Below, piece by piece: positions 26,595-33,281 of a stretch of DNA of 64,000 nucleotides (the first letter of the stretch is position 1; each line of letters begins with the position of its first letter). Below the pieces are notes generated by a model. The model was not told the origin of the DNA, did not search any database, and saw only the letters and a list, made by a program, of their open reading frames with translations. The stretch comes from Gemmatimonadota bacterium (lineage in GTDB: Bacteria; Gemmatimonadota; Gemmatimonadetes; Gemmatimonadales; JACORV01): contig JBGPHD010000001.1 in the NCBI GenBank assembly GCA_041484135.1, positions 844-64,843 on the forward strand. Reading direction: 5' to 3'. The position numbers and the translations under genes are program-made.

Positions 26595-29375
26595 GTGGCG
26601 CTAGTGTACTTGTTCCGCTATTCCCCGGCAAGCACCATCGCGCTGCTGCTCGCCGCCACCGTCGCGGCCCCCTCCGCAGTCCTTGCGCAGGGGAGCGGGC
26701 GCGTGATCGGTGTGGTGCGGGACCGCGAGACGGGCCAGCCGGTGGACGGAGCCAACCTGCTCCTCGCCGGCACGCCGCGCGTCCAGCTCACCGACAACGC
26801 CGGGCGCTTCGTCTTCCTCGGCATGACGCTCGGGGAGTTCGTGCTGGTGGTGCGGCGGGTGGGGTACGAGGCCCTGTCGGTCCGCGGGCGGGTCTCCGGC
26901 GCGGCCCCGACCGAGCTCACGATCCAGCTCCACGCCACGGCGACCCCGACGCTCGGCGAGATCGAGGTCTCCGCCAAGCCGTTCCAGCGCACCGACGAGC
27001 CCGCCAGCGTGCAGACGGTGGACCGCCAGCAGCTCCGGATGGCCCCCGTCACGACCCTCACGGACGTGATCGACATCCAGGCGGGCGTCTCGGACGGCCA
27101 CTTCCGCGGCGGCCGCACCGGCCAGGCGATCCTGATGATCGATGGCCTCGACGTGCGCGACCAGTTCGCCCTGAGCGAGCTCGGGACCACGATGGACCTC
27201 TCGCCCACCGCGATCGAGGAACTCAGCGTCGTCACGGGCGGCTTCGGGGCGCAATACGGGAACGCCCTGTCGGGCGTGGTGGACGTGGCGACCCGCAGCG
27301 GCTCGCCTAACCACTGGGAGTCGCGCGCGTCGCTGAACGGCGGCCAGCTGCTCCCCGACCGCCTCGGCTACGGCCAGTCGCGGACCGAGCTCTCCGCCGG
27401 CGGCCCGCTGCGGTTCCTCGGCAGCGGCGTCACCCTGTTCATGGACGCCACGGCCTCCACCGCGGAGGACGCGGAGCCGCGCCTCCACGGCCTCACCTGC
27501 CTCACGCCCAGCCCCGGGGACAGCTGCCTGTTCGCGCGCGCGATCATCCCGCACCATCGGGGCGACCAGCTCACGGCATTCTCGCGGATCGACTTCCCGG
27601 TCTCGCCCGTGACCTCGTTCACGCTCACGGGACTCTGGACCCGCGGCCAGCAGGAGCTCTACTCCACGCGGTTCAAGTACGATCTGGACAACTACCTCGC
27701 CGAGCGGCGCACCTCGGCGCACGTCGCCTTCAGCGCCCAGCACCAGGCCGGCGGCGGCTCGCGCGCCGCGCTGCTGACGGCCCGCGTGGCGCTCACCCGG
27801 ACCGCCAGTTACCTCGGCGTGCCGGTGGCGGGAGACCGGCCCGGCACCGGTGGCCTGCCGTGGCGGCGGCTGCGCTTCCGGGGCGAGGACTTCGTGGCCG
27901 AGCCCGTGGAGCAGCAGATCCAGGAGGCGAAGGGCGTGCCGGGCTACGTGCTCGCCGATGACTTCACCGGGCCCGTCTACGGCGCGTGGGGCCGCGGCCT
28001 CTTCGTCACGAGCGGCACCAGCGGCATCGTCCAGCGGCACCAGACCGACATGCTCACGGTGGACCTCTCGAGCACGACGCAGGTGAGCCCGCAGCATCTG
28101 CTCGTGATCGGCGGCACCTTCAAGCTGATCCACGTGCAGGCCTACGAGCGGACCGCCGCGGCGCTCGCCGCCGCCTCCCCCAGCGCGGCGTCGTTCTTCC
28201 CCCGGGTGGCCTCGCTCTACATCACCAACACGCTGAAGCCCCTGGGCGGCGCCACCCTGACCCTCGGCGCGCGCCTCGAAGCCTTCAACCCGCGGATCCA
28301 GTTCACCACGGACCGGCGGACCGTTGGTGCGCCGATCGAGAACGCGAAGTGGAGCACGCTCGTGATGCCGCGGATCGGCTTCGTCATGCCGCTCACCGAC
28401 GTCGGTCTCAGGCACACCGTGGCCCGGTGGAACTTCGGCATCTCCAGCCAGCCGCCGGCGTTCCAGTTCTTCTTCGATTCGGGCGTCGATGACAGCCTGA
28501 ACACGACGCTCCGGCGCCAGGGGAATCCGGCCCTCGGCTTCGAGCGCGCCACCTCGTACGAAGCGGGGATCACGCAGCTCCTGACGCCGGACCTCCTGGT
28601 CGGCGTCACGGGCTACTACAAGGACCTGACCGGGCTGGTGACGAGCGGCGTGCCGTTGGCGGCCGCGGGACGGCTCTTCTCGAACCTCGACGGGGGGCGG
28701 ATCTACGGCGTGGAAGCGAGCCTCGACCTGGGGAGTCATCTCGGCCGGAAGCTCCGCCTCTCCTACAGCTACCAGCAGGCGCAGGGGACCGTGTCCACGC
28801 CGTTCGATTCGACCTCCGCGACGCCCGGGACGCGCGGGCTGGAGATCCCGCTGGCGTTCGATCGCCGGCACGCGATCGACCTGCTCGCCATCTGGGCGCC
28901 GCCCGAAGGGCGCTGGAACGCTTCCCTCTCCGGCACCGCGGGGAGCGGTTACCCGATCCCGGGCCGGACCGACGGACAGCGGCTGCCGTGGAGCGTGCTG
29001 GTGAACGGCCGCCTGACGATGACGGCGCACTGGCGTGGGCATTCGGTCGAGTTGTACGCGGAGGGGCGCAACCTGCTCGCCTGGCGGACGCTGCGCACGG
29101 CGCGTCCCGAGACGGGCAACGAGACCGTGATCCTGGATTCGCTGGAGGCGCGCGCCTCGCGTGAGACCCAGGGCGCGCTCACGATCCCGAAGGAGTCGTC
29201 GCTCTACACGCCGATCTTCGACCTCGACAACGACGGGCTCCTGAGCGCGGCCGAGCAGTATGCGGCGCGCCGCGCCGCCCTCCTCGATGCCGCCGATCCC
29301 ACCCTCTACTTCGGGCCGCCGCGCCTGGTGCGGGTGGGCATCGTGATATCGCTCCCCGGCGCTATAACGCCTTGA
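26595..29375 (+). CDS. TonB-dependent receptor with N-terminal carboxypeptidase-regulatory-like domain
   Basis: 926 aa. Signal STIALLLAATVAAPSAVLAQG. CarboxypepD_reg-like GRVIGVVRDRETGQPVDGANLLL...GRFVF. Plug region VQTVDRQQLRMAPVTTLTDVIDIQAGV...AILMIDGLDV. Long beta-barrel. Start ambiguous (GTG 26595, GTG 26604, TTG 26610). Confidence 0.85.
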   Translation: MALVYLFRYSPASTIALLLAATVAAPSAVLAQGSGRVIGVVRDRETGQPVDGANLLLAGTPRVQLTDNAGRFVFLGMTLGEFVLVVRRVGYEALSVRGRVSGAAPTELTIQLHATATPTLGEIEVSAKPFQRTDEPASVQTVDRQQLRMAPVTTLTDVIDIQAGVSDGHFRGGRTGQAILMIDGLDVRDQFALSELGTTMDLSPTAIEELSVVTGGFGAQYGNALSGVVDVATRSGSPNHWESRASLNGGQLLPDRLGYGQSRTELSAGGPLRFLGSGVTLFMDATASTAEDAEPRLHGLTCLTPSPGDSCLFARAIIPHHRGDQLTAFSRIDFPVSPVTSFTLTGLWTRGQQELYSTRFKYDLDNYLAERRTSAHVAFSAQHQAGGGSRAALLTARVALTRTASYLGVPVAGDRPGTGGLPWRRLRFRGEDFVAEPVEQQIQEAKGVPGYVLADDFTGPVYGAWGRGLFVTSGTSGIVQRHQTDMLTVDLSSTTQVSPQHLLVIGGTFKLIHVQAYERTAAALAAASPSAASFFPRVASLYITNTLKPLGGATLTLGARLEAFNPRIQFTTDRRTVGAPIENAKWSTLVMPRIGFVMPLTDVGLRHTVARWNFGISSQPPAFQFFFDSGVDDSLNTTLRRQGNPALGFERATSYEAGITQLLTPDLLVGVTGYYKDLTGLVTSGVPLAAAGRLFSNLDGGRIYGVEASLDLGSHLGRKLRLSYSYQQAQGTVSTPFDSTSATPGTRGLEIPLAFDRRHAIDLLAIWAPPEGRWNASLSGTAGSGYPIPGRTDGQRLPWSVLVNGRLTMTAHWRGHSVELYAEGRNLLAWRTLRTARPETGNETVILDSLEARASRETQGALTIPKESSLYTPIFDLDNDGLLSAAEQYAARRAALLDAADPTLYFGPPRLVRVGIVISLPGAITP

Positions 29376-29817
29376 TCCGGGAGATCAGCTCCTCGTCCTG
29401 GCGCCGGTGCCCCAGCTCCGCCTCGGTGTGGGTCCAGCGCAGGATCCCCGCCTTGTCGATCAGGAAATAGGCCCGCTTCGAGAAGAACTTGTCCAGGAGC
29501 AGCGTGTCGTAGCTCCGGCAGACGTCGCGCTTGAAATCCGAGAGCAGATCGATCGACATCCGTTCCTTCGCCTTGAACTCCCGGAGCGAGGGGACGGCGT
29601 CCACGCTGATCGGTAGCACCCGCGTCCCCAGCGCCTCGAACTCCGCGTAGTCGGCCGAGAACGAGCACAGCTCGGCCGTGCACGTGCTGGTGAACGCGAG
29701 CGGGAAGAACGCCAGCAGCACGGTCGAATCGCCGCGGAACAGGGAGAGCGTGACGTCGGACCCGGAGGTCGAGGGGAGGGTGAAATCGGGCGCGGGCTGG
29801 CCGATGATCGGAGGCAC
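29362..29817 (-). CDS. Peroxiredoxin (AhpC/TSA, Bcp/PrxQ-like)
   Basis: 151 aa. GTG start with AAGGA 7 nt upstream. PAPDFTLP...VLLAFFPLAFTSTCTAE (PxxxTxxC peroxidatic Cys context). Confidence 0.9.
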   Translation of the reverse strand: MPPIIGQPAPDFTLPSTSGSDVTLSLFRGDSTVLLAFFPLAFTSTCTAELCSFSADYAEFEALGTRVLPISVDAVPSLREFKAKERMSIDLLSDFKRDVCRSYDTLLLDKFFSKRAYFLIDKAGILRWTHTEAELGHRRQDEELISRIKAL

Positions 29818-29889
29818 GAGCCGGTCCTTTCGAGCGACGCGTTGAGGGTGTCCGATAAGGTACTGGGGCCCGGACAGGACACCAAGCGG

Positions 29890-31293
29890 CTAGAGGATGA
29901 GGCGTGCGAGCGCCGCCGCGCCGCGATCGAGCGGGCCGTGGGCGAGACCGGCGAGCACGAGCAGCAGGGCGAGCAGCCAGGCCACCGCCAACGCCCCGCG
30001 GCCGGGCCTCGGCGCCGCCACGGAGACCGGGCGCCCGACGCCGAGCACGCTCAGGATCTCCCGGAGCAGGAGCAGCGCGAGCAAGGCGCCGGCAGCTGCG
30101 CCGGCGAGCGCCATCACCACCCACCCCTCGCGCCAAGGCGCGAGGAAGAGCTGCCGGCGCACCACGAAGCCCGCGGTCCCCGGGAGCGCGATGAGAGCGG
30201 CGAGCCCCACGAGGTAGGGCCCGGCCGCGGCCGGTCCGGGTGCGGGTCCGCCGGCGTCGGGCGCCGGAAGGTCCGGCCCCTCGTTTCCCACGCCGATGAG
30301 GGTCAGCAAGACGGCCGACTGGGCCGCCGCGACCACCAGGACCGCCGCCAGCGCCGCCGACCCGGCCGAGAGGCCCGGCACGACGAGCGCCGTCACCACC
30401 AGTCCCGCCTGCACCACCGACACGTACGACAGGAGGCAGCGCGCGTCGCGGCGCGGCGTAAGGCAGGCCACGCCGAATCCCAGCGCCGCGGCCGCCGCCG
30501 CGGACAGCAGCAGCGCGAGCGGCGCGCCTGACGGCGCGAACGCCAGCACCAGCCGCACCAGCACCGCGCCGACCCCCGCCCACAGCGCCGACGCCGCGAA
30601 CAGCGCGACGAGCGGCGAGGGGTCCCGCATCAGCCACGGGCACCAAGCATAGAAGGGCGCCGCCCCCCAGCGGACCAGGAGCCCCGCCAGCACCAGCGTC
30701 GCGCCCGCGAGCGCCGCCGGCTGCGCGGCATCGGCCGTGAGCGCGGCGGTGATGTCGGCGAGACGGGTGGCCCCGGTGGCGCCCGTGAGCAGCGCGAGCC
30801 CCAGCGCGCCCAGCGCCGTGGGCGCGAGACTGGTCCGCAGCAGCCGTCCCCAGCCCCGGTGGCCGTTCGCCAGGCTGCCCAGGCCGGCGAGGACCACCAT
30901 CGCGGCCGAGCTGATCTCCAGGGCGAGGAAGAGGCCGAGCGTGTCGGCGAGGCTGGCGGCGGCGACGAGGCCGAGCGCCGCGACCACCAGGAAGAAGCCG
31001 TCCTCCGCCAAGGGCTGCGGGCGCGCCGCCCGCCCGCCCACCAGCGAGGCGAGCACCAGTCCCGCGAGGACGACCACCTTCACCGCCTGCGAGAAGGCGT
31101 CCACGCGGTAGGCCGTGTAGAGGAACTCGTCCGCCACGCCGAGCGTGGCCAGCGCGGCGGCGAGCGCCGCCATGCCGCCCGCGGCCGTGACGATCAGCGG
31201 CGCGCGGCGGCCCTGGCCCGGCATCATGGCGAAGAGCGCGAGCGCGGTAAGGGCGAGGACGAGCTCGGGAGCGAGCGCCACGAGGCGGCTCAC
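29890..31293 (-). CDS. NuoN/ND2-like antiporter-type membrane subunit (divergent)
   Basis: 467 aa with about 13-14 TM segments. YRVDAFSQAVKVVVLAGL, LGLFLALEISSAAM and VRWGAAPFYAWCPW resemble NuoN signatures. The GTG start overlaps the upstream TGA. Confidence 0.7.
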   Translation of the reverse strand: MSRLVALAPELVLALTALALFAMMPGQGRRAPLIVTAAGGMAALAAALATLGVADEFLYTAYRVDAFSQAVKVVVLAGLVLASLVGGRAARPQPLAEDGFFLVVAALGLVAAASLADTLGLFLALEISSAAMVVLAGLGSLANGHRGWGRLLRTSLAPTALGALGLALLTGATGATRLADITAALTADAAQPAALAGATLVLAGLLVRWGAAPFYAWCPWLMRDPSPLVALFAASALWAGVGAVLVRLVLAFAPSGAPLALLLSAAAAAALGFGVACLTPRRDARCLLSYVSVVQAGLVVTALVVPGLSAGSAALAAVLVVAAAQSAVLLTLIGVGNEGPDLPAPDAGGPAPGPAAAGPYLVGLAALIALPGTAGFVVRRQLFLAPWREGWVVMALAGAAAGALLALLLLREILSVLGVGRPVSVAAPRPGRGALAVAWLLALLLVLAGLAHGPLDRGAAALARLIL

Positions 31294-31586
31294 CGTGGCA
31301 CCGCTCCGCCGCCACCTTCGCCCCGGCCCGCGGCGCCCGCGAGATGCGCGCCGATCACCAGCACGCCGGCCGCCATGGCCGCGCCGACCAGCACGGCCGC
31401 CACGACCTGACCCAGCGCGCTGCGGGACCCCGACAGCGTGGTGAGGGCCGCCACCGCGAGGACGGCCGAGGCCATCATGAGCTCGAACGCGAGGAGCGCG
31501 CCGAGCACGGTGCGCCGCCCGATGAACGCGCCGAGCCCGAGGGAGAACAGCGCGGCGGCGACGATGAGCGTGGTGGTCAGCGTCAT
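31290..31586 (-). CDS. NuoK/ND4L-like membrane subunit (divergent)
   Basis: Trimmed to the ATG at 31586 (ATGA overlap). 98 aa with 3 TM segments. LFSLGLGAFIGRRTVLGALLAFELMMASAVL parallels the NuoK RRN...IELML region. Confidence 0.65.
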   Translation of the reverse strand: MTLTTTLIVAAALFSLGLGAFIGRRTVLGALLAFELMMASAVLAVAALTTLSGSRSALGQVVAAVLVGAAMAAGVLVIGAHLAGAAGRGEGGGGAVPR

Positions 31587-32095
31587 GTCACGCGGTCCGC
31601 GTCGCCGCGCGGCCGGCCGGCGGCCCGCGCGAGCACCAGCGCGCCGATCCCGCTGACGGCGAGGAGCACGCCGAGGAGCTCGAACGCCGCGACCCCGTCG
31701 GTGAGCAGGCTCCAGCCTAACCACGATGCCGCCACTTCCCTCGCGCCTCCGGCGGCCGGCCACGGCGTGCGCACGATGACCGTCACCAGGGCCCCGAACG
31801 CGATCAGGCTCACGAGGGCGGCGGCCGCCAGGCGGTACGGGCGCGGCGGGCGCGGGGCGATGGGCGCGAGCTTCGCGGCCGCCAGCAGAACCGCGGGAAG
31901 CACGGCCGAGAGCAGCAGCACGATGAGGATCGCGAGGAAGTCGTCGCCGAGGGCCAGGCAGACCCCCGCCACCCCGAGCATCGAGAGCGCGAAGCCCGCG
32001 ATGGCCGGCGCGGCGCCACGCGCGACCGCCACGACCACGGCGCCGAGGATCGCCAGCGTCGCGGCCGCGCCGAAGACGAAGCCGGCCCAGTTCAC
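31583..32095 (-). CDS. NuoJ/ND6-like membrane subunit (divergent)
   Basis: Trimmed to the GTG at 32095 (GTGA overlap). 170 aa. The helix layout and the C-terminal FELLGVLLAVSGIGALVLAR parallel NuoJ. Confidence 0.6.
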   Translation of the reverse strand: MNWAGFVFGAAATLAILGAVVVAVARGAAPAIAGFALSMLGVAGVCLALGDDFLAILIVLLLSAVLPAVLLAAAKLAPIAPRPPRPYRLAAAALVSLIAFGALVTVIVRTPWPAAGGAREVAASWLGWSLLTDGVAAFELLGVLLAVSGIGALVLARAAGRPRGDADRVT

Positions 32096-32790
32096 TGCGG
32101 GCGCCCCACCACCACGAGTGTGCCGACGAGATTGAGCAGCGCGACCGGCGCGAGCGCGCGCCACGCCAGCGCGCGGCGCCGCTCGTCCGTCAGGCGCCCG
32201 ATCCGCCGGGCCACGATGAGCACCACGGCCATCAGCGCCACCGTCTTCCCGAGGAGCCACACCGGACCCGGCAGCCCGGGCCCGGCGTAGCCCGCGAGGA
32301 AGAGCGTGCTCCCGACCGCGCACCCCGTGAAGAGATGCAGGCCCTCGGCGAAGCGCCGCACGCCCGAGGCGCCCCCCGGCGGCCGCACCCCGTGGCTCCC
32401 CACCGCGGCGAGCGCGACGACGAACACCAGGGCGGCGACCGGCTGCAGGAGGGCGAACGGCAGTGTGTTCCGCTGGGCGAGCACGATGTTCCGGAGATCG
32501 AGGGTCTGCGCGGTCAGGGCCACCGCCGCCAGGGCGAGCAGCATCGCGACCCCGCACCCCGACCACGACACCGCGGCGCGCAGCCGCGCGGCCACCGCCT
32601 GCCAATCGTCACCGGTGGTCCCCGTGACCGCGAGGGTGAGCGCGATACCGGCGTAGCCCGCGAGGAGGATGAAGAGCCCGTACGGCAGCGCCGCCAGCGG
32701 CTCCGCGGCCGTGAAGGGCACCAGCGTCGCCAGGATCAGGGCCGCCGCCGCGAGGCCCACGCCTTCGGCGAGATCGTCGCTCGAGGTCAT
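32092..32790 (-). CDS. Truncated NuoH/ND1-like membrane subunit (divergent)
   Basis: 232 aa, against about 320 or more for NuoH. LRAAVSWSGCGVAMLLALAAVALTAQTLDLRNIVLAQ and the C-terminal GKTVALMAVVLIVARRIGRLTDERRRALAWRALAPVALLNLV parallel NuoH. The N-terminal part and the acidic loop are absent. Confidence 0.55.
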   Translation of the reverse strand: MTSSDDLAEGVGLAAAALILATLVPFTAAEPLAALPYGLFILLAGYAGIALTLAVTGTTGDDWQAVAARLRAAVSWSGCGVAMLLALAAVALTAQTLDLRNIVLAQRNTLPFALLQPVAALVFVVALAAVGSHGVRPPGGASGVRRFAEGLHLFTGCAVGSTLFLAGYAGPGLPGPVWLLGKTVALMAVVLIVARRIGRLTDERRRALAWRALAPVALLNLVGTLVVVGRPQ

Positions 32791-32803
32791 GGAGCTTCGC
32801 GGG

Positions 32804-33139
32804 TCAAAGGGCCCGGATCCGGATCGCGTACCCCACCGGCGCGGCCGCGACCACGACGAACACGACCAGGTACACGACGGCCTGCCAGGAGTGGAAGAAG
32901 CGGAACACGATGCCGGCGGGAAGGAGGAAGATCAGCGCCGACGACACCGCCACGGCGACGAGCAGCGCCATGACGTCGCGCCACGGACTGAACCGCGTCG
33001 CGTCCTCCGGCGCTCCCGCGGCCTTGCCCGCGCCGGCGCGCGTGCCCCGCAGCAGGGCCACGGCCACCACCCCCGCCACGAAGCCGGCGCCAAGGAGGAC
33101 CAGAAGGAAGCGGTACTGGAGGATCGTCGCGGCGTCCAT
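32804..33139 (-). CDS. NuoA/ND3-like three-helix membrane protein (weak call)
   Basis: The track ORF 32804..33253 runs through the tRNA, so I trimmed it to the ATG at 33139. 111 aa with three hydrophobic helices, ending in GYAIRIRAL. Position and topology fit NuoA, but the conserved acidic motif is not seen. Confidence 0.4.
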   Translation of the reverse strand: MDAATILQYRFLLVLLGAGFVAGVVAVALLRGTRAGAGKAAGAPEDATRFSPWRDVMALLVAVAVSSALIFLLPAGIVFRFFHSWQAVVYLVVFVVVAAAPVGYAIRIRAL

Positions 33140-33144
33140 GAGGA

Positions 33145-33217
33145 TGGAGCGGAAGGGATTCGAACCCTCGACCCCCTGGTTGCAAACCAGGTGCTCTCCC
33201 AACTGAGCTACCGCCCC
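33145..33217 (-). tRNA. tRNA-Ala: tRNA-Ala (anticodon UGC), CCA not encoded
   Basis: Minus strand: GGGGCGGTAGCTCAGTTGGGAGAGCACCTGGTTTGCAACCAGGGGGTCGAGGGTTCGAATCCCTTCCGCTCCA. Folds as a cloverleaf: 7-bp acceptor stem with the G3:U70 Ala identity pair, D-arm GCTC/GAGC, anticodon loop TTTGCAA, T-loop TTCGAAT. Confidence 0.9.
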
Positions 33218-33231
33218 GGACCGGCGGGCGG

Positions 33232-33261
33232 AATCTAGCGGCGCCGCGATCACCCGGGCAA
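33232..33261 (-). promoter_or_regulatory. Candidate sigma70-like promoter for tRNA-Ala and the downstream nuo-like genes
   Basis: Minus strand TTGCCC (33261..33256), an 18-nt spacer, then TAGATT (33237..33232), ending 14 nt before tRNA position 1. Weak -35. Pattern match only. Confidence 0.25.
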
Positions 33262-33281
33262 TCGGCCGGGTGCCAACGCCG

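Larger units (their letters stand above)
24238..26611 (-). repeat. Tandem direct duplication, unit about 1210-1213 nt (gene plus upstream leader)
   Basis: The two 381-aa genes start and stop exactly 1210 nt apart. The 3' thirds share long identical runs (for example gatcagcacgagaccggtgccgcggcg). The 12-mer gctagtgtactt recurs at 25387 and 26600. Confidence 0.8.

Noticed and set aside
26601-29042. 813-aa minus-strand ORF antisense to the TonB-dependent receptor gene
   Set aside because: The translation is Arg/Gly/Pro/Asp-rich low complexity with no motifs, which is the typical stop-free shadow frame of GC-rich DNA. The plus frame carries clear receptor motifs.
29890-33139. Alternative reading of the five membrane genes as an Mrp/Mnh-type cation antiporter operon
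   Set aside because: Mrp operons carry MrpA/B/E/F/G-type genes and lack NuoH- and NuoA-like members. Here the H-like C-terminus and the J/K/N order match the nuo layout instead. This still needs HMM confirmation.
32804-33253. 149-aa ORF whose N-terminus reads through the tRNA (…AVAQLGEHLVCNQGVEGSNPF…)
   Set aside because: Residues 1-38 are the translated reverse strand of tRNA-Ala. The ORF was trimmed to the ATG at 33139.
33251-33272. Hairpin CACCCGG-N8-CCGGGTG just after the hybrid kinase stop, considered as an intrinsic terminator
   Set aside because: No U-tract follows it, and it overlaps the weak -35 candidate for the tRNA promoter. The evidence is too thin to call it either a terminator or an operator.
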